From: Vicinamibacterales bacterium
Lineage (GTDB): Bacteria > Acidobacteriota > Vicinamibacteria > Vicinamibacterales > UBA8438
Assembly: GCA_965206705.1 (NCBI GenBank)
Contig: CBDBKJ010000003.1
Span: forward strand, 19,403-83,402
Reading direction: 5' to 3'
Length of the DNA stretch: 64,000 nt
The translations under genes and the position numbers were made by a program. This document shows positions 55,342 to 64,000 of this stretch, one piece after another. How positions within the stretch are numbered: the first letter of the stretch is position 1; the number at the start of each line of letters is the position of its first letter. The notes under the pieces are model-generated. The model worked only from the letters and a program-made list of their open reading frames with translations. It was not told the DNA's origin and ran no database searches.

Positions 55342-56564
55342 TCACCGTCTTCCTGGGCGTCGGGATGTTCACGGGCACGATCGTGTCGCTCGTGGGGCTG
55401 CTCATGCTGGCCCGGCGCCGGCTCGTCGCGACCGGGGAGGTCACGATCACGGTGAACGGCGATCCGGAGAAGGCGCTCACCACCACCGCCGGCGGCACCC
55501 TGCTCGGCACCCTCGCCGCCAACCGGATCTTCATTCCGTCCGCCTGCGGCGGCAAGGGGAGCTGCGGGGTCTGCACGGTGACGGTGCGCGACGGCGGCGG
55601 CGCCATCCTGCCGACCGAGCTCAGTCACGTCTCGCGCGGTGACGCTCGCTGCGGCGTGCGGTTGTCCTGCCAGGTCAAGGTGAAGCAGGACATGGCGATC
55701 GAGCTGCCGCCCGAAGTTTTCAGCGTCAGGCAGTGGCGCTGCCGGGTGAAGTCGAACGACAACGTCGCCACGTTCATCAAGGAACTCGTGCTCGAGTTGC
55801 CCGCGGGCGAGTCGGTGCCGTTCCGGGCCGGCGGCTACATACAGATCGAGGCGCCGCGGGGCACCGTCAATTACGCCGACTTCGAGATCGACGAACAGTA
55901 TCGGGCGGACTGGGACAGGTTCAACCTGTGGCGCTACGTGTCGACGGTCGAGGAGCCGGTGACGCGCGCCTACTCGATGGCGAACTATCCCGAGGAACGC
56001 GGCGTCATCATGCTCAACGTACGGGTGGCGTCGCCCCCGCCGCGATGCCCGGAGGGGACGCCGCCGGGGAAGATGAGCTCGTACATCTTCAGCCTGAAAC
56101 CGGGCGACGACGTCACCATCTCGGGGCCGTTCGGCGAGTTCTTCGCGAAGGAGACCGACGCCGAGATGCTGTTCGTCGGGGGCGGCGCGGGCATGGCTCC
56201 GATGCGCTCGCACATCTTCGATCAGTTTCGCCGGCTGCGCGCATCGAGGAAGGTGTCGTTCTGGTACGGCGCCCGGAGCCTGCGCGAGGCGTTCTACCTC
56301 GACGATTTCGACGCGATCGCGGGCGAGCACGACAACTTCGACTGGCATCTCGCCCTGTCCGAGCCGCTGCCCGAGGACAACTGGACCGGGTATACCGGCT
56401 TCATCCACCAGGTCGTGCTCGACAACTACCTGAAGACCCATCCGGCGCCGGAGGATATCGAGTACTACCTGTGCGGCCCCCCGATGATGCTCAAGGCGTG
56501 CATGGACATGCTCGATTCGCTGGGGGTCGAGCCCGAGAACATCCTCTTCGACGATTTCGGCTAG
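55338..56564 (+). CDS. nqrF: Na+-NQR subunit F
   Basis: GTG at 55338 overlaps the nqrE stop. 2Fe-2S ferredoxin [13 protein letters not shown] motif [13 protein letters not shown]-binding GGGAGMAPM. Confidence 0.9.
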   Translation: MITVFLGVGMFTGTIVSLVGLLMLARRRLVATGEVTITVNGDPEKALTTTAGGTLLGTLAANRIFIPSACGGKGSCGVCTVTVRDGGGAILPTELSHVSRGDARCGVRLSCQVKVKQDMAIELPPEVFSVRQWRCRVKSNDNVATFIKELVLELPAGESVPFRAGGYIQIEAPRGTVNYADFEIDEQYRADWDRFNLWRYVSTVEEPVTRAYSMANYPEERGVIMLNVRVASPPPRCPEGTPPGKMSSYIFSLKPGDDVTISGPFGEFFAKETDAEMLFVGGGAGMAPMRSHIFDQFRRLRASRKVSFWYGARSLREAFYLDDFDAIAGEHDNFDWHLALSEPLPEDNWTGYTGFIHQVVLDNYLKTHPAPEDIEYYLCGPPMMLKACMDMLDSLGVEPENILFDDFG

Positions 56565-56604
56565 TAGCCCGTGGTGGAACCCCGCGTTGCACCGAGAGCG
56601 GCGG
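56565..56604 (+). repeat. 40-nt post-stop-codon repeat element, copy 3
   Basis: TAGCCCGTGGTGGAACCCCGCGTTGCACCGAGAGCGGCGG begins at the base after the nqrF TAG. 38/40 identical to copy 2. Confidence 0.8.
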
Positions 56605-57704
56605 ACGATCGCCTCCGTCGGTCCGGACCGGCGGTCGGGCCGGCGTGCGGACTCGCGCACAACGCGGCGTGCGGGTTGCTGCTCGCCACCGTGATCGCGT
56701 GCGCACCGCCCGACCCCGGGCCGGCCGTCCACGTGTTCGACGGGGCCACGATGGGCACCACCTATGCCGTTCGGGTGGTGGCGGTCGGCCCATGGCCGCA
56801 GGCCGAGGTGGGGGCGGAGATTCAGGCGGTGCTCGACGACGTCGAATCGAAGATGTCGCACTACCAGCCGTCGTCCGAGCTCTCGCGGTTCAATCGCCGG
56901 CGGACGACCCGCCCGTTTCCGGTGTCGGCGGATACGTTCGAGGTCTTTCGTCAGGCCCGGAGGCTGAGCGACCTGACCGCGGGGGCGCTGGACGTGACGG
57001 TCGGTCCGCTGGTCGAGGCATGGGGCTTCGGGCCGGTCGAGCCGGACCGGCTGCCGCCGGATGCCGGACGGTTGTCGCGGCTTCGCGAGCACGTCGGCTA
57101 CGCCGGGATCGAGCTGGACGCGGCGGCGTCGACCCTGCGCAAGACGGACCCCGCGATCGAAGGCGATCTGTCGGCGGTGGCCAAGGGATACGGCGTCGAT
57201 CGGGTGGCCGCCGCCCTGCGTGCGGCGGGGCTGACCCGGTACCTGGTCGAGGTCGGGGGGGAGATCGTGGCCGCGGGGACGAATCACCTCGACCGTCCGT
57301 GGCGCATCGGCATCGAGTCGCCGGAAGCCGGGGGAGGCATTCACCGCGTCGTCCCGCTGCGCGACCGGGCGATGGCCACGTCGGGCGACTATCGCAACCG
57401 GCGCGAGGTCGACGGCGGCTGGGTCTCGCACACCATCGATCCCCGCACGGGGCGGCCGGTCGAGCATCGGCTCGCCTCGGTGAGCGTCGTCGCGGATCGG
57501 TGTGTCGTGGCCGACGGACTGGCCACCGCCCTGGAGGTGCTGGGCCCCGAGGACGGCTATGCGCTGGCCGTCGAGCAGGGATGGGCCGCGCTCTTCCTGA
57601 GCCGTGCTGACGACGGCGCGATCCGCGAGCGCGCCACCCCCGCGTTCTCCGCGCTCCTCGCGGCGTCGCCCCCGGCGGATGAGGCGCCTGCGCCCCAGCC
57701 GTGA
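56571..57704 (+). CDS. apbE: FAD:protein FMN transferase ApbE (lipoprotein)
   Basis: Lipobox-like LLLATVIAC. MGTTYAV, SELSRFN, GALDVTVGPLV, AKGYGVD, TSGDY, HTIDPRTG. The only in-frame start I see is GTG 56571/56574, inside the repeat element. Confidence 0.85.
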   Translation: MVEPRVAPRAADDRLRRSGPAVGPACGLAHNAACGLLLATVIACAPPDPGPAVHVFDGATMGTTYAVRVVAVGPWPQAEVGAEIQAVLDDVESKMSHYQPSSELSRFNRRRTTRPFPVSADTFEVFRQARRLSDLTAGALDVTVGPLVEAWGFGPVEPDRLPPDAGRLSRLREHVGYAGIELDAAASTLRKTDPAIEGDLSAVAKGYGVDRVAAALRAAGLTRYLVEVGGEIVAAGTNHLDRPWRIGIESPEAGGGIHRVVPLRDRAMATSGDYRNRREVDGGWVSHTIDPRTGRPVEHRLASVSVVADRCVVADGLATALEVLGPEDGYALAVEQGWAALFLSRADDGAIRERATPAFSALLAASPPADEAPAPQP

Positions 57705-57737
57705 GGGGCGGCCCGCGGGCGCTTCGCCGGGGTTACA

Positions 57738-57935
57738 ATGGGAACGATGGCGGTGTTCCTCTTGACGCTGGGCGGAATCGCGATCGTCATGGCGATCATG
57801 GCGATCGGCGTGATGCTCGGCGGTCGCTGTCTGCGCGGTTCCTGCGGTGGGCCCGAGGTGGTCGGGCCGGACGGCGACCCGCTGGCCTGCGCGGCCTGTC
57901 CCCACCGAACCGGATCGCCGGCGGTCGACGGGTGA
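57738..57935 (+). CDS. nqrM: (Na+)-NQR maturation protein NqrM
   Basis: 65 aa with one TM helix followed by the Cys-rich GGRCLRGSCGG...CAAC. Located after apbE, as in other nqr loci. Confidence 0.7.
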   Translation: MGTMAVFLLTLGGIAIVMAIMAIGVMLGGRCLRGSCGGPEVVGPDGDPLACAACPHRTGSPAVDG

Positions 57936-57969
57936 CGGTTCGCCGCCCTGCCGGGCGGCCCGGCGCGTC

Positions 57970-59352
57970 TCAGGCCAGTCCGATCAGGGTCGCGGCCAGC
58001 AGCTCGTCCTGCTCGGGAGGCACCGTTCGCAGGTCGAGGAGGACGCGATCCTGCTCGATGCGGGCGATGACCGGCGGATGCAGCGCGCGGAGCCGCGCTT
58101 CGAGCCGCGCCGCCGACCGGGTGCGCGGGGCGAGCCGGGCCAGCCGCGTCGGCAACGCCGACCCGGGCGCGCCGCCGCCACCCACCGTCGACAGCCCGTC
58201 GACGACGTCCACCTCGAACATCGAGTGGCCCTCGAGCCGTCTCGCGAGGCCCCGCGCCCGCGCGTCGATGGCGTCGACGGGGGTGGCGAGCATGCGGACC
58301 ACGGGTATCGTGGTCCGCGCCCGGCCGCGGGCATGCTCCATCAGCGTGGCCTCGAGGGCGGCGTAGGTCATCTTGTCGACCCGCAGCGCGCGCATCAACG
58401 GGTGGCTCCGCACGCGTGACAGCGCAGGTTCCTCCCCGACGATGATGCCGGCTTGCGGGCCGCCCAGAAGCTTGTCGCCGCTGAAGCAGCAGACCGCGGC
58501 GCCGGCCTCGACGCTCGCGGCCACCGACGGCTCGTCGACGCCGCCGGTGGGGACTTCGCCGAGGTGGCCGCTCCCGAGGTCTTCGACCACCGGTATGTCG
58601 AACCGCCGCCCCAACGCCACGAGCTCGGTGAGATCGGGCCGGGCGGTGAACCCCTCGATTCGGAAGTTCGACGGGTGCACGCGCAGGATGAGCGCGGTTC
58701 GGTCGTTGATGGCCCCGGCATAGTCGGCCAGCCGCGTCCGGTTCGTGGTGCCGACCTCCCGCAGCTCCGCCCCGGATTGACGAAGGATGTCGGGAATGCG
58801 GAAGCCGCCGCCGATCTCGACCAGCTCGCCCCGCGAGACGATGGCTTCCCGCCCGTGCGCAAGCGCGGCCAGGACCAGCAGGACCGCCGCGGCGTTGTTG
58901 TTGACCACCGCCGCCGCCGCCGCCCCCGTCACCTGGGTCAGGAGCCGGGCGGCATGGGTGTGGCGGGCGCCGCGCCCGCCGGCCGTCAGGTCGTACTCGA
59001 GGTTGGTGTAGCCGGCGGCCAGCCGGGCGACCCGCTCCGCCACCGCCGCCGCCATCGGGGCCCGGCCCAGATTGGTGTGTACGATGACCCCGGTGGCGTT
59101 GATGACCGGCGTGAGGGACGGCTCGAGACGGGCCGCGAGCTGGGTCGCCGCACGCTGTTCGATGACCGCCGCGGCCTGTTCACGGTCCTGAATGGATGTC
59201 GTGTTCGCGCCGGCGAGGTTCTGCCGCACGAGGCTCGTGGCCGTACGCAACGCGGCCAGCGCCGCCTCGCTGCCGTACTCGGTCTCGAGGGCGCGGACGC
59301 GCTGGCGCTGGCGCAGGCTATCGATGGACGGCAGAATGCGGGGCGTCGTCAT
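57970..59352 (-). CDS. selA: L-seryl-tRNA(Sec) selenium transferase
   Basis: ATG at 59352. LPSIDSL N-terminus, VINATGVIVHTNLGRAP, NNNAAAVLL, SRGELVEIGGGFRIPD, FSGDKLLGGPQAG (PLP lysine). Confidence 0.88.
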   Translation of the reverse strand: MTTPRILPSIDSLRQRQRVRALETEYGSEAALAALRTATSLVRQNLAGANTTSIQDREQAAAVIEQRAATQLAARLEPSLTPVINATGVIVHTNLGRAPMAAAVAERVARLAAGYTNLEYDLTAGGRGARHTHAARLLTQVTGAAAAAVVNNNAAAVLLVLAALAHGREAIVSRGELVEIGGGFRIPDILRQSGAELREVGTTNRTRLADYAGAINDRTALILRVHPSNFRIEGFTARPDLTELVALGRRFDIPVVEDLGSGHLGEVPTGGVDEPSVAASVEAGAAVCCFSGDKLLGGPQAGIIVGEEPALSRVRSHPLMRALRVDKMTYAALEATLMEHARGRARTTIPVVRMLATPVDAIDARARGLARRLEGHSMFEVDVVDGLSTVGGGGAPGSALPTRLARLAPRTRSAARLEARLRALHPPVIARIEQDRVLLDLRTVPPEQDELLAATLIGLA

Positions 59353-59415
59353 GGAGCGAGCGCGCCAAGGCGGGCCGGTGTCTTGCCGCTCCGCCGGGAT
59401 TCGGATACCATCGCC

Positions 59416-59467
59416 TCCCGCGCAAGCCTGTGACCGGGGCCTTCCGCGCAAGCCGATAACCGGGGCC
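59416..59467. repeat. two tandem 26-bp direct repeats upstream of selA
   Basis: TCCCGCGCAAGCCTGTGACCGGGGCC and TTCCGCGCAAGCCGATAACCGGGGCC (22/26 identical), 64-115 nt upstream of the selA start. Confidence 0.6.
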
Positions 59468-59595
59468 GCCGGTCAGTCTATCATCGCTCCGGCGGTTCGC
59501 CGGCCGTGATCTCGACGCGGTCTGCTGCAGTGGGGGAACGTGGGCGCGGGGAGTGGTTGGCCCGGACGCGGCGCGCCCGGGCCGTAATGCGGGAG

Positions 59596-59802
59596 CTATT
59601 CGGCGCGGGTCACGCTGCCTGCCTGGGGACCCTTGGGTCCGTCGACGATCTCGAACTCCACGGCCTGACCTTCTTCAAGCGTGCGAAAACCGTTGCCTTG
59701 AATCGCCGAGAAGTGCACGAAGACGTCGCTTCCGCCTTCACGCTCGATGAATCCATACCCCTTGGCGTTGTTGAACCATTTGACCTTGCCTGTGATGCGC
59801 AT
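59596..59802 (-). CDS. cold-shock protein (CspA family)
   Basis: 68 aa. [15 protein letters not shown] (RNP1) and DVFVHFSAI (RNP2). Confidence 0.93.
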   Translation of the reverse strand: MRITGKVKWFNNAKGYGFIEREGGSDVFVHFSAIQGNGFRTLEEGQAVEFEIVDGPKGPQAGSVTRAE

Positions 59803-59887
59803 CGTGCTTCCTCTTTTTTACGTGGGGGTGACATCACACGTCACCCGGCTTCCGAACCCATGAAGGCGTTCGCGACCATGGGTGCAC

Positions 59888-59912
59888 AAAAAAAGACCGC
59901 CCGAGCGGTCTT
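59888..59912 (-). terminator. intrinsic terminator-like hairpin plus U7 inside the csp leader (attenuator candidate)
   Basis: Minus strand reads GACCGC-UCGG-GCGGUC followed by UUUUUUU (stem 59895-59910, A-run 59888-59894 on the + strand). Lies about 25 nt downstream of the predicted csp promoter and 90 nt upstream of the csp ATG. Confidence 0.6.
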
Positions 59913-59939
59913 CGGGTGAAACCCGCGTGCTACGAAAAC

Positions 59940-59968
59940 ATCGTAGTCAGCCTGTCCGGCGTTGTCAA
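59940..59968 (-). promoter_or_regulatory. strong sigma70-type promoter for csp
   Basis: Minus strand has TTGACA (59968-59963), a 17-nt spacer and TACGAT (59945-59940). An inverted repeat CTACGA-aaaca-TCGTAG overlaps the -10 region. Confidence 0.6.
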
Positions 59969-59998
59969 GACGGCTTCGGGCGGAAAGGAGTGTGATCT

Positions 59999-61606
59999 GT
60001 GAAACGAGCGCTGTTGAGCGTCTCCGACAAGACCGGCATCGTCGATTTTGCCCGCGGTCTCGCCGCCTCCGGCTTCGAGCTCGTGTCCACCGGCGGCACC
60101 GCGCGGGCGTTGGCGGACGCCGGGCTGGCCGTGACCCAGGTGTCGTCGGTGACCGGGTTTCCCGAGATGATGGACGGCCGCGTCAAGACCCTGCATCCCG
60201 CCGTCCATGCCGGTATTCTGGCCCGCCGCGACGAGCCCGGCGATCTGGAGGCGATCGGGAAGCTCGGCTTCCGGCCCGTCGACGTGGTCGCCGTCAACCT
60301 GTACCCGTTCGCCCGGGTCGCCGCGGATCCCGACGCCGGCGTCGAGTCGCTCATCGAGGAGATCGACATCGGCGGCCCCACGCTGGTGCGGGCGGCGGCG
60401 AAGAACTTCCGCGACGTGGTCGTCGTGGTCGATCCGCGGGACTATCGCGAGGCGCTGGAAGCGCTGCAGCGTTCCGGCGGACCGGGCCTCGACTACCGGT
60501 TGTCGCTTGCCCGCAAGGCGTTCGGGCACACCCGGTCGTACGACGAGACCATCGCGTCCACGCTGTCGGCCGTCCGGGTCGAGGCGGGCCGCCTCACGAG
60601 AGGGGCGGCGCCGGCCGAGGAGATCGCTCCGGACACCCTGACCCTGCGCGCGGCGCGCCGGCGGAGTCTGCGCTACGGGGAGAATCCGCACCAGGTCGCG
60701 GCGCTCTATGCGGCCGGCGACGCCGGCTTCGGCGGCGCGCGCGTGGTGCAGGGAAAGCCCCTGTCGTTCACCAACCTGCTGGACCTCGATGCGGCGGCGC
60801 GGCTGATGCTGGAGTTCGACGAGCCGGCCGCGGTCGTCGTGAAGCACATGAACCCGTGCGGGGTGGCGACCGCCGGCGCGTTGCGCGACGCCTACGTGAC
60901 GGCGCGGGAGGTCGATCCGCTGTCCGCGTTCGGCGGGATCGTCGGGTTGAACCGGTGCGTCGACCGGACGACCGCGGAAGCGATTGCCTCGACGTTCATC
61001 GAGGCGGTGGTGGCGCCGGATGCGGACGACGAAGCACGCGCGGTGCTCGCCGCGAAGAAGAACCTGCGGCTGGTGCTCGCCGATTGCTCCTCGGCCCCCG
61101 GCGACGTGCGGCTCGACCGCGAGGTCCGGTCGATTCTCGGCGCGATCCTCGTGCAGAGCCGCGATCGCGTGACCGAGGCGGCGGGGCCGTGGACCGCCGA
61201 GAAGGCGGCCCCCGGCGAGTCCGGCTGCCGCGTGGTGACCCGGCGCCAGCCGACCGATGCCGAGTGGGCGGCCCTGCGGCTGGCCTGGCGGGTCTCGGCC
61301 CACGTGAAGTCGAATGCGGTGGTGTTCGCGCGGGCCGACCGGTTGGCCGCGATCGGGGCCGGACAGATGAGCCGGGTCGATGCGGTGAAAGTCGCGGTGA
61401 TGAAGGCGGAGGCCGGGCTGATCGGCACGGCCGCCGCCTCCGATGCGTTCTTCCCGTTCCGCGACGGCCTCGACGCCATTGCCGCGGCGGGAGCGACCGC
61501 GGTGGTTCAGCCCGGCGGCTCGGTGCGGGACGAGGAAGTCGTCGCCGCCGCCGATGAGCACGGTGTCGCCATGGTGTTCACGGGGCGGAGGCACTTCCGG
61601 CACTGA
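59999..61606 (+). CDS. purH: bifunctional AICAR transformylase / IMP cyclohydrolase
   Basis: GTG start after [56 protein letters not shown]. Confidence 0.93.
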   Translation: MKRALLSVSDKTGIVDFARGLAASGFELVSTGGTARALADAGLAVTQVSSVTGFPEMMDGRVKTLHPAVHAGILARRDEPGDLEAIGKLGFRPVDVVAVNLYPFARVAADPDAGVESLIEEIDIGGPTLVRAAAKNFRDVVVVVDPRDYREALEALQRSGGPGLDYRLSLARKAFGHTRSYDETIASTLSAVRVEAGRLTRGAAPAEEIAPDTLTLRAARRRSLRYGENPHQVAALYAAGDAGFGGARVVQGKPLSFTNLLDLDAAARLMLEFDEPAAVVVKHMNPCGVATAGALRDAYVTAREVDPLSAFGGIVGLNRCVDRTTAEAIASTFIEAVVAPDADDEARAVLAAKKNLRLVLADCSSAPGDVRLDREVRSILGAILVQSRDRVTEAAGPWTAEKAAPGESGCRVVTRRQPTDAEWAALRLAWRVSAHVKSNAVVFARADRLAAIGAGQMSRVDAVKVAVMKAEAGLIGTAAASDAFFPFRDGLDAIAAAGATAVVQPGGSVRDEEVVAAADEHGVAMVFTGRRHFRH

Positions 61607-61665
61607 CCGCGGCCCGGATGGCGGTGACTCGGCCGCCCGGCAACGAGGGGCGCCGGCCGCCGCCG

Positions 61666-62847
61666 TCAGCCGTGCGCCGCTTCGGCCGCGACCGGCTGCG
61701 CCCCGGGCCGGACGGCCGCCGCCTGGGGCAGGGCAAGGAGGACGAGGAGCAGCATCAGGAACTCCGAGTCGCCGAAGTTGTACTCGAACAGGCCGCCGAT
61801 GAGCATGCCGGCGACCGCCGCGAGACCCGCCGCGGCAAGGGGGCGGGCGTCGTCGTCGTCGAGCTTCCGAAGCAGATGGCGAACCGCCGCGACCACGAAA
61901 AAGCACCAGACAGCGAGCGCGGGCAGGCCCCGTTCGGCCGCGATCTGCATCGGAACGTTGTGCAGATGCGGGATGTCGTCCTCCACCGCCCCGGCATCGC
62001 GGTATTGCGGGTACACCTCCTGCACCATGTCCGGACCCACCCCGGTCCAGGGGTGATCGCGGACGATCCGCATCCCCGCCCGCGCCATCGCCAACCGGTC
62101 CTGGATCGTCCGATCCTCGAGGTCGAAGCCGGAGTAGATGCGGCTCGTGATCTGCGGGGGAGCGAGGGCCAGCACGAGGGCGGCGAGCACCGGGACGACG
62201 GCCGCCAGCCGCAGGTCCTTCAGAAGGCACAGGACGGCCAGGGCGGCCCCGGCCCCGGCCCAGTAGCTTCGGGTCAGCGTCACCGCCAGCGCGACCAGCA
62301 GGGCGGGCATCACGAGCGCCGACCACAGGCGGCGGCGCCGGTCGAACAGGACGCGGGCCGCGGCGAGTGAAATCGTCAGCAGGAGCAACCCGGAATAGGT
62401 CATGTAGTGCCCCATCGTGCCGTCCGGCCGTTGCCCGAGGTGGTCGTACTCGAGAACGCCGTACTGCACCACTCCCCACACCGCGGTGGTGGCGCCGACG
62501 GTCACGACGAGGGTCGCCAGGGTCTGAGCGCGCTGGTGCCGGGCCAGGCGATGGACTATCGGCACCACCAGGAAGAGCAGCACTTCGCGCGAGTCGACGA
62601 GGCTGGCGGCCGGATCGAGCGAGAACGCGACGGACACGAGGGTCGCCCCGGCGTAGGCCAGCAGGGCGGTGAAGAACGGCGGCGCCGCCGGCCGCTCGCG
62701 TTCCGCCACCAGCAACGCGATCCAGAGTCCGATGGTGAAGGTCAGCAGGATGCCGGCCGCGGCGATGGAAACCTGAAGGGCGGCCACGAAGCCGAGGAGC
62801 ACCACGAAGGCCGCGGTTTCCAGTCCGGGCTGTCTGGGGGCGTTCAT
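61666..62847 (-). CDS. O-antigen ligase/polymerase family membrane protein (WaaL-like)
   Basis: ATG at 62847 within track ORF 61666..62997. About 10-12 TM segments. TLTRSYWAGAG...periplasmic loop...HLHNVPMQIAAERG is a Wzy_C-type motif. Confidence 0.7.
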   Translation of the reverse strand: MNAPRQPGLETAAFVVLLGFVAALQVSIAAAGILLTFTIGLWIALLVAERERPAAPPFFTALLAYAGATLVSVAFSLDPAASLVDSREVLLFLVVPIVHRLARHQRAQTLATLVVTVGATTAVWGVVQYGVLEYDHLGQRPDGTMGHYMTYSGLLLLTISLAAARVLFDRRRRLWSALVMPALLVALAVTLTRSYWAGAGAALAVLCLLKDLRLAAVVPVLAALVLALAPPQITSRIYSGFDLEDRTIQDRLAMARAGMRIVRDHPWTGVGPDMVQEVYPQYRDAGAVEDDIPHLHNVPMQIAAERGLPALAVWCFFVVAAVRHLLRKLDDDDARPLAAAGLAAVAGMLIGGLFEYNFGDSEFLMLLLVLLALPQAAAVRPGAQPVAAEAAHG

Positions 62848-63032
62848 TCGGCTGTTTCGGGGGGTTCTTCGATGGTCGCCTCGTCGATGAGCATGACCGG
62901 GATGTCGTCCGCGATCGGATACACGCGATGACAGGTCCCGCACTTCAGGCCGGTGCCGTCGTGCACCGGCACCACGGGTGTCTTGCAGTTCGGACACGCC
63001 AGGATCTCGAGCAGCTCCGCGTCGACCGCCAT
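62844..63032 (-). CDS. Trm112/YcaR (UPF0434) family small zinc-ribbon protein
   Basis: LLEILACPNCKTPV...LKCGTCHRVYPIADDIPVML. Its stop overlaps the waaL-like start (ATGA). A TTG at 63050 is an alternative start. Confidence 0.8.
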   Translation of the reverse strand: MAVDAELLEILACPNCKTPVVPVHDGTGLKCGTCHRVYPIADDIPVMLIDEATIEEPPETAE

Positions 63033-63192
63033 CTCCGCACCCTCCCCCAAGAACTATTCAGACTATACCAGACCGTTCCGGCCCACCGGCGGCGTCCGGC
63101 GCGGTCCGGTCCCGGCGGCGGAGCGCTCCCGATCGCGGCGAGGAACGACCGGGTTGTTCACAGTCGTGTCGTTGTGGAACAATGCGGCCCTT

Positions 63193-64000
63193 ATGCGGTT
63201 TCCCATCAGCGCTCTGTTCGTCGTGGGCGTGTTGGCGCCTGGAGCCATCGCCCATGCCCAAGCGCCGGCGCCCGAGCCCCCGGGCCTCGAGGATCGCGCC
63301 GCCGCGTACCACGCGTTCATCCTGGGCCGCTCCCTCGAGCGGGCGGATGAGTTCGATGCGGCGATCGACGCCTACCAGCGGGCGGCCGTGCTCGATCCCG
63401 CGTCATCGGGAATCTGGGCCGAGCTGGCCGGTCTGCATGCGCGCCGCAATCAACCCGACGAGGCGGTCACCGCCGGGAACGAGGCGCTGGACCGCGACCC
63501 CGACGACCGCGATGCCCATCGCATCCTGGGGCTCGTCTACGCGGCCCGGGCGGAATCGCAGGAGGCCCCGGCGCAGAGCGACGTGAACCTCGCCATCGAC
63601 CACCTGGAGCAGGCCCGCAATCCGCAGTCGCCCGACGTGGCGCTCTCCATCACCCTCGGGCGGCTGTACCTGTCGACCGGGCAGCCGGCCGAGGCGGTCG
63701 AGGTGTTGACCGAGATGCTCGATCTGGAGCCGCAATTCACCGACGCGCAGGTGTTGCTGGCTCGCGCGCACGAGGCCCTTCGCCAATGGGACGAGGCTGC
63801 GGCCGCCTACGAGCGGGCGGTGCAGTACAACCCCCGGCGGGCTCGGTACCGGCGCCAGCTCGCCAACGCGCTGGTGAACGCGGGGCAGGCCGGCCGGGCC
63901 ATCGAGGTGCTGCAGGAGCTCGTGGCGGCGCGCCCGGACGATACGGATGGTTGGTCTCTGCTGGCCGAGATCGAGCTGAACGCCAGCAACTACGATGCCG
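63193..64000 (+). CDS. secreted TPR-repeat protein (3' end beyond the window)
   Basis: Not in the ORF track because there is no stop before the window end. ATG 63193 is followed by signal peptide MRFPISALFVVGVLAPGAIAHAQA. Repeated 34-aa TPR-like units (AIDAYQRAAVLDP, AVTAGNEALDRDP, AVEVLTEMLDLEP, AAAAYERAVQYNP). Confidence 0.75.
   Translation, partial: MRFPISALFVVGVLAPGAIAHAQAPAPEPPGLEDRAAAYHAFILGRSLERADEFDAAIDAYQRAAVLDPASSGIWAELAGLHARRNQPDEAVTAGNEALDRDPDDRDAHRILGLVYAARAESQEAPAQSDVNLAIDHLEQARNPQSPDVALSITLGRLYLSTGQPAEAVEVLTEMLDLEPQFTDAQVLLARAHEALRQWDEAAAAYERAVQYNPRRARYRRQLANALVNAGQAGRAIEVLQELVAARPDDTDGWSLLAEIELNASNYDA

Overview
High-GC (~68-70%) Gram-negative-type bacterial chromosome segment. 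Gene content (Na+-NQR, heptose LPS core, PSP1/RicT, squalene synthases) suggests an Acidobacteriota/Gemmatimonadota-like lineage, which cannot be proven from this window. Layout: (i) 1-10.4 kb is an accessory hotspot around tRNA-Arg(CCG). It holds an AbiEii-type nucleotidyltransferase gene pair and two ISAzo13-family IS elements abutting tail-to-tail at a reiterated TAAG. The second IS carries two frameshifts and an IS66 (single-ORF, ISBst12-like) insertion with an 8-bp target duplication. The hotspot also contains a decayed canonical AbiEi/AbiEii module and a 2.3-kb rve-transposase element. (ii) 10.6-22.3 kb is core-like: tandem squalene-synthase paralogs, beta-propeller, DinB, SDR, GGT, Nramp-like, M23, MATE. 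(iii) 22.4-25.3 kb is an islet next to tRNA-Leu(GAG) with mazEF, vapBC, three gene fragments and a remnant subtype I-G (I-U)-like CRISPR (csb2 fragment fused to a partial repeat, plus 4 repeats). (iv) The rest is housekeeping: gap-pgk-tpiA-secG, a lipid A/LPS inner-core cluster (waaA-lpxK-lpxL-waaF-hldA-hldC-waaC plus an ICMT-type methyltransferase), tRNA-Val/Asp, holB-PSP1-pdxA-smpB, a gmd/GT-C sugar cluster, thiSG, nqrABCDEF-apbE-nqrM, selA, csp, purH, waaL and a TPR gene running off the end. I found no complete, obviously novel multi-gene system. The most interesting unexplained signals are families of small conserved, apparently structured intergenic elements: a 40-nt element that begins directly after three stop codons, a 90-nt hairpin element paired with ISAzo13-like ends, and a double-hairpin element. 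Also of note are a promoter-proximal intrinsic terminator in the csp leader, a non-canonical partner for an AbiEii toxin, a 930-bp ORF-free segment inside the rve element, and tandem SQS paralogs. Many long ORFs in the track are antisense shadow ORFs typical of high-GC DNA and were ignored.
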